IMG/VR virus record: IMGVR_UViG_3300026488_000012
Location: 64,001 to 128,000 of that record
Strand: one strand, 5' to 3'
Length of the DNA stretch: 64,000 bases
Source: a virus
The notes below the pieces were generated by a model. The model saw only the letters and a program-made list of their open reading frames with translations. It made no database searches and was not told the DNA's origin. The position numbers and the translations under genes are program-made. Shown here one piece after another: positions 48,722 through 58,051 of the stretch; the first letter of the stretch is position 1; each line of letters opens with the position of its first letter.

Positions 48722-49354
48722 ATGGAAAATAAAGTAAGGTTGATACCGAAATCAGTATTTTTAAGATTAAGAAGACTTACACTGTTGGATAAAGTCGGTG
48801 ATAAAGAGTATATACTAAACTGGGGATACAGAGATGGTTATGTATCTTTGGGTGTTATAGACAGAGAGACTAACAGAAGTATTAAAGATGCTAGAATTGC
48901 TTTGAATACTGTCCTTCTAAGAACAGTTGTTCAATATTTAAGAAAAGTAATAGATAGTCAGGAAGAGATAAGTTATACGATAGAGTCTAAAAGTAGGGAT
49001 TTTAACAACAAGGATAATAATAGTTTAATAATTAAAGGTAAATTACATATCGGTAAAAAGAAAGTTAAAGACCACTTAATTAACTACATAATGTTGGAAA
49101 ATGGGGTTAAATACCCGTTTAAATTATTACCAAGCAAGTATTATGTATTCTACAAAAATGGAGAGAAGCTTAACGATTATACAGAGCTTAGTAACTTCTT
49201 TACAGAAGCTTATATAAAAGAACTTAATAAGATTTTGGACGAGATACCGCCGTTTACAGAAGAAGATGTATTTGAAGTTAACCTAAACTTTAATAAAAAC
49301 GACAAGACTGACAAAAATAATAAAACAAAAGAGGAGGATGATGATTTATTTTAG
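48722..49354 (+). CDS. Conserved phiKZ-like core protein (gp67-like), acidic C-terminal tip
   Basis: 210 aa, ends EEDDDLF; synteny. Confidence 0.65.
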   Translation: MENKVRLIPKSVFLRLRRLTLLDKVGDKEYILNWGYRDGYVSLGVIDRETNRSIKDARIALNTVLLRTVVQYLRKVIDSQEEISYTIESKSRDFNNKDNNSLIIKGKLHIGKKKVKDHLINYIMLENGVKYPFKLLPSKYYVFYKNGEKLNDYTELSNFFTEAYIKELNKILDEIPPFTEEDVFEVNLNFNKNDKTDKNNKTKEEDDDLF

Positions 49355-49380
49355 TTATGGAGGATAATTCCTCCATAATT

Positions 49381-49486
49381 GGTAATATTTTTAATTTTAA
49401 CTATATATATTGTTATCTTACTAAAATGCAATAAAACTACAAGATTAGGAGGTAAATATGAGTAATGAATTTTACAAAATTAAGGA
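49381..49486 (+). repeat. Promoter-RBS-start cassette, copy 1 (106 bp identical to 57946..58051)
   Basis: Base-by-base match from ggtaatattttt to atgagtaatgaattttacaaaattaagga; contains TATCTTAC 49414-49421 and AGGAGG. Confidence 0.95.
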
Positions 49487-51014
49487 CGTATATAAAGATA
49501 CAAGTGTCCTTGTTAGTTACAAAGATAAGGAGATAGAATTTCCGATAGAGATTCTAATTAATCGTAGAAGTAGAGATAGTTACGATAAAGGCATGTTTAC
49601 CGTACTCAATAAGTACGTAGACTGGAAAGGAGTCGGTTTTAAAGAAAAACTATTTAATAGAAATGTAGAAGTGTATAATAATATCCTAGAACTCACTAAC
49701 TACGACCATATAACAGCAGAGGATTATAAGGTGGTTGGTCCTATCTTGGATATGTTTAATTTTCAAGAAGTTAAAGATTTCATAAAGAAATACAATATTG
49801 TAACACCGTTATCTCATTTAGACGATGAGTTTAACTTATCTATAGAGATAAACAAAGAAGGTAGTAGAGTTCAAACTTATCTCAAGGAGGATTATATAGA
49901 GCTTGTTGCGTTATTGACTATTATTAAGTCGGTTATAGGTCCTATCGGAATGTACGCTGAATTCAATACCGGTAAAATACCAGAGAATTATAGAGAGCTA
50001 ATTCTAATCAATTTTCTACTGGAGCATGAGATATCAGAAACCCCTCCATTTAAGAAGTTAATAGGGTATATAGAAAAACTTGTTAAGAACATAGAGACGA
50101 ACGAGGAAGAGCTTAACATACGCTTAATTAAAAGGGGTATAGATAAGGAAAATCTCATCTATAGTATACTTGGAGGAGTGTTGTTTACTAAACTTTGTCT
50201 AAGAAACGAGATTAACGATACTGAGGATAAGAGTATAATAAATACTCTTTATAGTTACGTTAGTAATAAATTAGAGATTAAGAATACTGCTACTTCTAAT
50301 ATCAGGATTAAGAAGTATTATATAAGTAGCCAGGATGGCGAAGATACTGAGAGTATTATAGAAAGCTATAGGATACCTACTGAATTAACACAAGGTTGGA
50401 TAGAGGAGTTCAAATTTGCCACTAGCGATATACGTAGGATGTATAGGTTTTATACAGGTAAGGAACCAAGTGAAGAATTAAAAATGTTTGAACATGCCAT
50501 ACATAGTATATCTCCTAAAGAAATACCAGAAGTAAATATCAAACTAGCGTTTATTATATTAAAGAAGATTATAGACCCGAGAGCTTATTTGTATGTAGAC
50601 GCTAAGAATATTAAAAATGTATTAACAGTAGCAGCTACTGTGGCTTGGGAATTAGATTTCCAAAACATGTCTTTGGTATTGTCTAGTCAAAAAGCACCTG
50701 GTGGTATTGGTTTTAGTATAAATAGTAAAACAAAACTTGATTCAATTACTAAGGAATTGTTAGCAAAGGAATTTCCTCTTAATGTTTACAATTTTAATAA
50801 AAGAAAGAATATCATAACTAAAGTGGATAATGTTGTAGAGAAATATATAACAAAGATTGCCGAGAAGATGTTAACTACTCAGTATTTATGTATGTTACCA
50901 GAAAATATTATAGAAGAAGTAACAGGTAGTAGAAAGAGGATAATAGAGGTTCCTACGTCTATTAGAAGTATACTAACAGAGCTACTAATTAAGATAGAAT
51001 ATACAGTTAATTAA
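49458..51014 (+). CDS. Non-virion RNA polymerase promoter-specificity subunit (phiKZ gp68-like)
   Basis: 518 aa; position after gp65-67-like genes and before gp69-like; shares promoter cassette with the two catalytic nvRNAP genes. Confidence 0.65.
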   Translation: MSNEFYKIKDVYKDTSVLVSYKDKEIEFPIEILINRRSRDSYDKGMFTVLNKYVDWKGVGFKEKLFNRNVEVYNNILELTNYDHITAEDYKVVGPILDMFNFQEVKDFIKKYNIVTPLSHLDDEFNLSIEINKEGSRVQTYLKEDYIELVALLTIIKSVIGPIGMYAEFNTGKIPENYRELILINFLLEHEISETPPFKKLIGYIEKLVKNIETNEEELNIRLIKRGIDKENLIYSILGGVLFTKLCLRNEINDTEDKSIINTLYSYVSNKLEIKNTATSNIRIKKYYISSQDGEDTESIIESYRIPTELTQGWIEEFKFATSDIRRMYRFYTGKEPSEELKMFEHAIHSISPKEIPEVNIKLAFIILKKIIDPRAYLYVDAKNIKNVLTVAATVAWELDFQNMSLVLSSQKAPGGIGFSINSKTKLDSITKELLAKEFPLNVYNFNKRKNIITKVDNVVEKYITKIAEKMLTTQYLCMLPENIIEEVTGSRKRIIEVPTSIRSILTELLIKIEYTVN

Positions 51015-51034
51015 TTTGTAAGTTTTATTAAAAC

Positions 51035-51056
51035 TATCTTACTAAACTGCAACAAA
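51035..51056 (+). promoter_or_regulatory. Early-type promoter motif
   Basis: TATCTTAC-TAAACTGCAACAAA then A-run and AGGAGG. Confidence 0.7.
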
Positions 51057-51080
51057 ACAAAAAAAAAACAGGAGGTAAAT

Positions 51081-52565
51081 ATGAATCCAGAAGGACTATT
51101 TAATCAACCAACAGTTCCAAATTTTACAGTGGAACAATTCTATATCATCCCTACTGAGGGATATAAAGATATGGTCATTAGACCGATTAATCTTAATGTA
51201 GACCGTGAGGATTTAAACAGGATAGTAGACTTATTAAAGACTAAACTATCTGGCTATGACGTAAAAATAAACCCGCTTGAGTTGTCGGGTATGAACATTA
51301 TAGAACCCGGGGACAAAGTGCTTCCTACAGAAATACCAGGCGGATGGGGTCAACCAAGAGGTGTGTTTCTACTAGTGATTAAGTATACTGACGCTGTGAC
51401 AGGTGTAGACGAGATGGTGTATTTAACAGGATTTACCGATACGCCTAATTTCAATCCAGTTACAGGTGCAGTCGATGAGAGCATGTTACTATATCCTAAC
51501 ACTATGGTAATACTAACAAAAGTTACAAATGTTGACAAATTTGGTAACCCGTATACTTATTATAGGGTTACTAATACATTAAATCTTGAGTACGATATCA
51601 GTACAGGTGAGTATTACACTATTGATGATCTAACCAACGCTAAGTTTATGTTAAGACCTGTGGACATTATGAGAAAAATAGAAGATTTGGAATTATCAGG
51701 AGACGCTATTTCTAGCGCAAATACTTCTTCAACTACTAAAATTATATCGGCTATTAAGAAACCCGACTTATTACCAACTATACATGTCACAGAGACATTG
51801 AACGGTCTTATAACGGGCGCGATTATGACCGATGGTACAAATGTTTATGATACATTAAAAGCAAGCGATAGCGTACTCGATCCTACATCCATTCTTCTAT
51901 ATAACTCATTTATTAAATCGTTATTAAGGATAACAAAAGGTCGTATGTATTTTAGTATTAAAGAATTAGCATTGTTGGATAATTCTGTTTTAAACAAAAT
52001 AACAATCATAAGACAAGTAGGGCAACCTACTATGGAAATGCCTGATATACTAACAAGTAACGTTTCTGAGGAGGTATATATACCTACCATAGAAGCTAAG
52101 TTATCAACTATGATAAGAGACATGGTATCAACGCTAATAACAAAGAACATGCTAATGTCCATTACATTCACGATGACTAACGCCACCATAGACGGTAGTA
52201 TTTACCTCACGCCTATTCACGCTACTCCTGTAACAGGAGATCTCGATGTTAAGTACTTGGTAAACAAGTTTAAGTTAGAGTTTGAGCAATTAGTGGTCCC
52301 TGCTATAACATATAATAATAGTTTAGTGTTGAATATTAACGTTTATGCTAGTATACTTGGAGAAACCAAAATCTCAATATCTGTGAACGGTGGACCTGAG
52401 ATATTGTTTATATATCCTACGTTCGCAGATAATCTCTATAACTCACTATTATCAGACGTTAATAAATTTAACGAAGTCACCAGCAGTTATAAAAATATTG
52501 TAGATGTCGCTCTTGGTGAACTCAAATATATGACAGATTCTCAAACAGCAAAAATTGTACAATAA
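51081..52565 (+). CDS. phiKZ gp69-like protein (PicA/Imp1 phage-nucleus import factor family)
   Basis: 494 aa; GGWGQPRGVFLLVI, YLTGFTD, MLRPVDI motifs; position directly after gp68-like. Confidence 0.6.
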   Translation: MNPEGLFNQPTVPNFTVEQFYIIPTEGYKDMVIRPINLNVDREDLNRIVDLLKTKLSGYDVKINPLELSGMNIIEPGDKVLPTEIPGGWGQPRGVFLLVIKYTDAVTGVDEMVYLTGFTDTPNFNPVTGAVDESMLLYPNTMVILTKVTNVDKFGNPYTYYRVTNTLNLEYDISTGEYYTIDDLTNAKFMLRPVDIMRKIEDLELSGDAISSANTSSTTKIISAIKKPDLLPTIHVTETLNGLITGAIMTDGTNVYDTLKASDSVLDPTSILLYNSFIKSLLRITKGRMYFSIKELALLDNSVLNKITIIRQVGQPTMEMPDILTSNVSEEVYIPTIEAKLSTMIRDMVSTLITKNMLMSITFTMTNATIDGSIYLTPIHATPVTGDLDVKYLVNKFKLEFEQLVVPAITYNNSLVLNINVYASILGETKISISVNGGPEILFIYPTFADNLYNSLLSDVNKFNEVTSSYKNIVDVALGELKYMTDSQTAKIVQ

Positions 52566-52584
52566 AAAAAAAAAGGAGTTAACA

Positions 52585-53775
52585 ATGGAAAGAATAAATG
52601 AGTTTTATAAAGATATATTAGAAGCTTTAGGTTTAGTTGTAGATGAAAAAGGAAGAATATTCGTTAAAACGGGTAAAACTCTTACCCCTCTTGTCATGGA
52701 TGGTTTACAATTTGTGTTACCTACTAAAGAGAATATAGAAAATCTTATAATCAAAGATGAGAACGGTAAATATAAAGCTGCTTATAGATTTTTCAATCCA
52801 GCATACGAGGACCCTATTAAAGGAGTAGATGTATCTCTTAATAAACTAAGAGAGATTATGTATAGAAGATTAGAGAATAGAGTTGTTTCCATTATGGAAG
52901 TATTAATAAATATCGCTATGGGCGAAGCAGCTAGCCCAGGCGCTATAGAATTTATAGAATTACTAAACAGGTATAAAAACTCAAACATTAAGAAACTCGT
53001 AGATACGGGTATCTTAGATGCATTAAGAGCTCTCTATAAAAACAGCACCAGCTCTAAAAATCCATTAGATAATTTCTTACATATATATCTTCAGAAAGGT
53101 ACTACCATCAATAATGAAAAGTATAATAAGATAGCTTCTACTCAATTCCATATGTATAATAGACTCATAGACTTTAAAGTAAAGCAAGACGATATTAATG
53201 GAATTAAATTAAGAAATAAAGACAAAGGAGCTATTTTATCAGGATACGAATATATATTCAAAGATGTTGATGAGCTCATTAAAGGCATCATCATAGGTAG
53301 TAAAAACAATGTAGCACCTGGACTACATTCATTATTGCTAACCTATGACAAATTAGTCGATAAGACTAATAAAGCTATAGAAGATATTAAGGAAGATATT
53401 GAAGAAGAATTGTTTGTAGAACTTAAGCTAAGGAAGTTGAAAATAAATGTAAATGATTTAGATAAGTTCTTAACTGAACTCAAGGAAGATTTAAAATTCA
53501 TACCTAAAGATTCTGAAATCGAGCAAATGATTCAGCAACAAACTACTATAGGTTATGTAACGCCTAATAGAAAAACAGTACAACCTAATCAACAAACGAC
53601 TCAATCTGAACTAGACCCTGTTGAACTTGCTGCTATGGAATCAGTAAACGAACCTGTGACTATGACTGGCGGATTCGTTAATCCTATGACACCGGTACCT
53701 CAACCACAACAAATGAATAATATTCAATCACAAGTAAGTAACCAGGGTGATTATGATCCTGTACTAATGATGTAA
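52585..53775 (+). CDS. Conserved phiKZ-like core protein (gp70-like)
   Basis: FFNPAYEDPIKG motif, Q/P-rich tail; ATG 52585 behind AAGGAG. Confidence 0.65.
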   Translation: MERINEFYKDILEALGLVVDEKGRIFVKTGKTLTPLVMDGLQFVLPTKENIENLIIKDENGKYKAAYRFFNPAYEDPIKGVDVSLNKLREIMYRRLENRVVSIMEVLINIAMGEAASPGAIEFIELLNRYKNSNIKKLVDTGILDALRALYKNSTSSKNPLDNFLHIYLQKGTTINNEKYNKIASTQFHMYNRLIDFKVKQDDINGIKLRNKDKGAILSGYEYIFKDVDELIKGIIIGSKNNVAPGLHSLLLTYDKLVDKTNKAIEDIKEDIEEELFVELKLRKLKINVNDLDKFLTELKEDLKFIPKDSEIEQMIQQQTTIGYVTPNRKTVQPNQQTTQSELDPVELAAMESVNEPVTMTGGFVNPMTPVPQPQQMNNIQSQVSNQGDYDPVLMM

Positions 53776-53792
53776 ATTAATATAAGGAGACA

Positions 53793-53990
53793 GTGATGAG
53801 ACAAACTATGACAGTTGATAATAAAGGAAATATCATTCTGCTTACAGAGAGGAATAATAACCTCTCTGTTAATTACAAAAATATAAAGTACAGTAACTTT
53901 TCAGAGTTCATGAAAGACGCTTATGGTGTCGATGAAAATGCTTCATCTATAGATGAAGCTATGAAAGCGATTGAAAAATATAATAAATAA
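53793..53990 (+). CDS. Small hypothetical protein
   Basis: 65 aa, AAGGAG RBS. Confidence 0.7.
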   Translation: MMRQTMTVDNKGNIILLTERNNNLSVNYKNIKYSNFSEFMKDAYGVDENASSIDEAMKAIEKYNK

Positions 53991-54016
53991 CACGTGACTA
54001 TATAGTCACGTGTTAT
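53987..54016. terminator. 30-bp perfect palindrome between convergent genes
   Basis: ataacacgtgactatatagtcacgtgttat. Confidence 0.75.
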
Positions 54017-54026
54017 GTTTATTTTT

Positions 54027-54383
54027 TTATTCTTTATATTTAACGAGATAATCGTTATATAGGTCTTGTAGTATCTCACCTTTTATTATCTTAAGTTTTG
54101 TAGGTAGCTTACCTCTTTCAAAATCTATCTTAAAATCATAATTACTTAGATTGTTTATTCTAATATTAGGATAGATATATACATCAGGTATTTTAAATTT
54201 AGTCTTAATAAGTCCTCTTAAGTCTCTTATCCATTTATAAACTTCATATGGTTCTATTGTTACTATATCAACCATATCGTCCGTTATATAACCGGATGCT
54301 ATTATATTCTCCCAGTAATTTAACAATCTTTCATCAAGTTGAGGATTATTATAATTAGTATAATCAGATAAAACGGATAACAT
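54027..54383 (-). CDS. Conserved phiKZ-like small protein
   Basis: 118 aa; YKWIRDLRGLI...IYPNIRINN motif; AAGGA RBS. Confidence 0.7.
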   Translation of the reverse strand: MLSVLSDYTNYNNPQLDERLLNYWENIIASGYITDDMVDIVTIEPYEVYKWIRDLRGLIKTKFKIPDVYIYPNIRINNLSNYDFKIDFERGKLPTKLKIIKGEILQDLYNDYLVKYKE

Positions 54384-54454
54384 ATCTAAGTCCTTTCTTT
54401 TTTTAATTCACTAAAAAAGAAATACATCTATGAGACCGTTAAGTCTCATAGATG

Positions 54455-54691
54455 TCATAGTTTCTCTTCTAGATTACTTACAATAAAATATGTACCGTTT
54501 GTCTCTACATTCTCTTCTAAGTGTGTTATTACACCGCATATATCTTTAAATTTAGTATTAGGTGCATAGTACATCCAACCATCTTCTCCTGGCTTTAAGA
54601 ATCTCAATAACACCCTACTGTCGTTTATTGGTTTATTTGTTTCAAATTCTACTGTAAACTTAGCTCCTGTAACTGATTCCAAATGTAACAT
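54455..54691 (-). CDS. Small hypothetical protein
   Basis: 78 aa, AAGGAGGT RBS. Confidence 0.75.
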   Translation of the reverse strand: MLHLESVTGAKFTVEFETNKPINDSRVLLRFLKPGEDGWMYYAPNTKFKDICGVITHLEENVETNGTYFIVSNLEEKL

Positions 54692-54759
54692 ACATACCTC
54701 CTTATTGATTTTTTTACACCTTATTAGGTATATCTTAATTTTTTTATAAATTTCATTTA

Positions 54760-54780
54760 TATCTTACTGAGATGTAATTA
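54760..54780 (+). promoter_or_regulatory. Early-type promoter motif
   Basis: TATCTTAC-TGAGATGTAATTA then A-run and AAGGAG. Confidence 0.6.
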
Positions 54781-54813
54781 AATAAACAAAAAAAAAGAAA
54801 AAAGGAGTTGAAA

Positions 54814-55359
54814 ATGAGATTCTTATTTATTTTAATTTATACGTTAACCCTATATGGGAAAACAATGAATACGACTGAAATATCAGTCGTACATAAAGAT
54901 AGGAGACTGGTAAATGAGTATTATCAAGAGTTAAAAAACCTGTCTGATGACCAGAAATTCTGGTTGAGTGAGGTGTACAAGACCTGTCTAGAGTATGATC
55001 TAGGTTATACTTGCGTAGCGATAGCTTGGGAAGAATCCAAGTTTAATAAATGGGGAGATAACGAAGCAGGTGACTACGGTTTAATGGGTATAAACCTATA
55101 CTGGTACATGATAGACAACGGACTTAATTATAGAAACAAATATAGGAGAATAGAAGTCCGCACTAGGTTAATAAGAGATAGTTACTATAACTTAAGGTAC
55201 TCTATATCTAAGCTTATAAAATTAAGAAAGAAGCATAAGAACAACTGGTTTAAAATATGGGGTTGTTATAACGGAGGTACAACCCCTAACTATTACTATA
55301 GTAGAAGAATATTGAATAGAATTTATGCTTTTAGAAAATGGTTAAAGACAAATAACTAA
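54814..55359 (+). CDS. Lytic transglycosylase (SLT family) with N-terminal signal peptide
   Basis: AIAWEESKFN (catalytic Glu), DYGLMGIN, WGCYNGG; N-term MRFLFILIYTLTLYG. Confidence 0.85.
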   Translation: MRFLFILIYTLTLYGKTMNTTEISVVHKDRRLVNEYYQELKNLSDDQKFWLSEVYKTCLEYDLGYTCVAIAWEESKFNKWGDNEAGDYGLMGINLYWYMIDNGLNYRNKYRRIEVRTRLIRDSYYNLRYSISKLIKLRKKHKNNWFKIWGCYNGGTTPNYYYSRRILNRIYAFRKWLKTNN

Positions 55360-55373
55360 AAAGGAGGGTAAAG

Positions 55374-55613
55374 ATGAATAGAAGATATAAAATACTTCTA
55401 ATGGCGTTAATAGTTATCCTAAGTGTATTATTAGTGATGTATGAAGACACAGAATATAAAAAAGTTAAAAAAGGGGAGTATGAGTTACAGTGTCTAATAA
55501 GAGATAAAGGATGGGTCACCATAGACCCGTCTAAAGTTGACGGACACGATCCAGAATCAGACTGTTGGTCTTTTACTAACGGATGGGCTTGTAACTGTGA
55601 AGTTACAAAATGA
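55374..55613 (+). CDS. Small membrane-anchored Cys-rich protein
   Basis: 79 aa; N-terminal TM helix, four Cys, WSFTNGWACNC. Confidence 0.75.
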   Translation: MNRRYKILLMALIVILSVLLVMYEDTEYKKVKKGEYELQCLIRDKGWVTIDPSKVDGHDPESDCWSFTNGWACNCEVTK

Positions 55614-55679
55614 CCCCCCTATCTTTTTTCTTTTTATTATATACTGAGATTCAATATTTACCTCCTAATTTTATAGTTT

Positions 55680-55709
55680 ATAGACTATAGGGATATCCCT
55701 ATAGTCTAT
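55680..55709. terminator. 30-bp perfect palindrome
   Basis: atagactatagggatatccctatagtctat; shares the core tagggatatcccta with 5930..5959. Confidence 0.65.
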
Positions 55710-55800
55710 GTTTTTTTAATAGAATTTTGTGTTGTAAAATATTTCAATTACATTATATTAATTAGTAAAAAAGGACAAACTAACTAAAAGGAGAAGCAAT

Positions 55801-56415
55801 ATGAGCAAAAAGACAGTGATCGGGATTGTAGGGTATGATAATTGTGGTAAAGATACTTTTGCCAGATATCTAAAAGAAGAATTAATTAAAACTTACAACA
55901 GCAGAGTCGAAATACTACATTTTGCAGATATCTTAAAGAAACTTGTTTCTAATATTTTGGAAACAGATATTGATACAATTGAACGGTTTAAGAAAGATAA
56001 TGGTATTAAACCTATTAATATTGTATTTGACAATAGTAGCAGAGAATACACAATGAGAGATTTTATAATTAAAATAGCTAAGACTGTAGTTAATGTTTTT
56101 GGTATTGATATTTTTGCAAGAGTAGTAGAACGAAATATACTAGAGTCTGAATCGGGTATATTTATTATACCAGATGTAAGATTCTTAATAGAAGCAGAGA
56201 TAATGAAAAAAGAGCTGGGAGGTATTTTAGTAAAGATAAATTCAGATATAGATGGTTGTAATAACACAGGTTATGAGTATGAAATATCGTTAATAGAAAA
56301 ACATGGACTTATAGATCATTATGTCAAGTTTAAAAATTTAGAAGAATCTATAAGAGAGTCTAAACGTATAAGTGTAATAAACGAAATAAAAAATAAATTA
56401 AAGGATGAACAATGA
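55801..56415 (+). CDS. Deoxynucleoside monophosphate kinase (T4 gp1-like)
   Basis: VIGIVGYDNCGKDT P-loop, FADILK, IIPDVRFLIE. Confidence 0.85.
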   Translation: MSKKTVIGIVGYDNCGKDTFARYLKEELIKTYNSRVEILHFADILKKLVSNILETDIDTIERFKKDNGIKPINIVFDNSSREYTMRDFIIKIAKTVVNVFGIDIFARVVERNILESESGIFIIPDVRFLIEAEIMKKELGGILVKINSDIDGCNNTGYEYEISLIEKHGLIDHYVKFKNLEESIRESKRISVINEIKNKLKDEQ

Positions 56416-56972
56416 GTATATCATATATAGTAAGATTTATAAATGGTGGAGAAGAGTGGTTTTCAGTTGTTGTGGATGAGGATAACGAAGCTAACTTTAA
56501 GAATGGTTTAATAAAGACAGGTGATAATAGACTTTTTGATGATGAAGATACGGTCATACTCACATCTAAACTTGATTTAGATGGAATCGCACATTTATTA
56601 GACGTGTGTATGTCTGATAGTAATGGCGGTAGAGATCATATCCTAATGAATACAAGACTTGTAAATAAAAACGATCGCATAGCAGATGTACACGTGTCTA
56701 TACTGGTTTACCTTACTATAGGAGCTCTAGAGATATTAGAAACACTATTAGGTAAACCGAATATTAATATAGATGAACTTATAAATGCTATAGACGATGG
56801 TGATGACGAGGTTATCGATATGGTGTACTCGTTAGTAAACACTATAGCTGCGTTAGATGCTTTAGAAGTATTAGACGAGATGATTAAATATTATCCTATG
56901 TTGATGAAGTATGAAGAAACGATTAAAACAGTGAGAGAACACTGGAGAGAGTTATATGATAAAATTATGTAA
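56412..56972 (+). CDS. Hypothetical protein (acidic)
   Basis: 186 aa, ATGA overlap, AAGGA RBS. Confidence 0.8.
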   Translation: MSISYIVRFINGGEEWFSVVVDEDNEANFKNGLIKTGDNRLFDDEDTVILTSKLDLDGIAHLLDVCMSDSNGGRDHILMNTRLVNKNDRIADVHVSILVYLTIGALEILETLLGKPNINIDELINAIDDGDDEVIDMVYSLVNTIAALDALEVLDEMIKYYPMLMKYEETIKTVREHWRELYDKIM

Positions 56973-56984
56973 AGGAGTATAGGT

Positions 56985-57854
56985 ATGTTGTTTAGTTATT
57001 CAGAGAAAGATATAGGAGACTATACTAAATGGTCTCCTATAAAAGAAATAAAAGAGCGTGTAGGTAATTTTATTTTTGCTATTGATAAAGATGGAGAGCT
57101 ATACGGATATCTAACGAATGAAGATAACAAGACTTATAAAGCTGTAAATAGGGAAGGTTACTTTATAAAAGAGACGATTGATTTAAGTTTTACATTTGTT
57201 ATCTCTAATATAGAGGATGAGATTAATGATTTATTAGCTAATCCTAATGTTTTTATTAAGAGAATAAAGGATGAGTTATACGACAACAGAGATGAGATAA
57301 ATAGTGGTGATGGTCATATTTTAAACGATAGTGTTATTGTAAAATTAAATACGGAATATCCACTGATAGATGACGATGAAGATGAATTTAAAGAATCCAC
57401 TCTGAGTAATACGTTAGCACAGTTAATAAAAGCAGGTCTTATTTTTTCTTTAGTCTTTACAAAGTCGTTAGGAGATACGAGTAAACCTGTAATATATGAT
57501 AAATTAAGTGTTGATAATAGAGAGATTATCCTTCCTCACTACGAATATAATTCTTCTGTTTTAATAGTTGATATAGATGAAACAGATAAAAATGTAATAG
57601 TACTTGGGAAAGGCTTAAATTTACATATTGACTCTAAAGTTGAAAAGCTACCAAAGGATTTATATTTCTTATTACATGTTTATCTAACTAAGTATGCTAA
57701 TATTACAAAGGATAATCCTCTTAGTATTATCCTAACTAAAGAACTTATTAACGAATATGTATCTAACATATATAGTGTAGAACCATCGGAAGGATTATTA
57801 GTTAATGAAATGTCTAGAGTAGATATAGAGACTAACTTAGGTATAAGTATTTAA
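56985..57854 (+). CDS. Hypothetical protein
   Basis: 289 aa, AAGGAG RBS. Confidence 0.8.
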   Translation: MLFSYSEKDIGDYTKWSPIKEIKERVGNFIFAIDKDGELYGYLTNEDNKTYKAVNREGYFIKETIDLSFTFVISNIEDEINDLLANPNVFIKRIKDELYDNRDEINSGDGHILNDSVIVKLNTEYPLIDDDEDEFKESTLSNTLAQLIKAGLIFSLVFTKSLGDTSKPVIYDKLSVDNREIILPHYEYNSSVLIVDIDETDKNVIVLGKGLNLHIDSKVEKLPKDLYFLLHVYLTKYANITKDNPLSIILTKELINEYVSNIYSVEPSEGLLVNEMSRVDIETNLGISI

Positions 57855-57919
57855 ATATTTTGACGGTTATTCGGGTTATATAGTAATATATATTATGAAC
57901 CGTCATATTCTTAGTGAGT

Positions 57920-57945
57920 CCTATAGAGCGATATCGCTCTATAGG
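57920..57945. terminator. 26-bp perfect palindrome directly before the promoter cassette
   Basis: cctatagagcgatatcgctctatagg. Confidence 0.65.
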
Positions 57946-58051
57946 GGTAATATTTTTAATTTTAACTATATATATTGTTATCTTACTAAAATGCAATAAA
58001 ACTACAAGATTAGGAGGTAAATATGAGTAATGAATTTTACAAAATTAAGGA
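57946..58051 (+). repeat. Promoter-RBS-start cassette, copy 2
   Basis: 106 bp identical to 49381..49486. Confidence 0.95.

Noticed and set aside
54814-55613. Canonical holin-endolysin-spanin lysis cassette
   Set aside because: No multi-TM holin and no lipoprotein o-spanin; promoter is of the early type.
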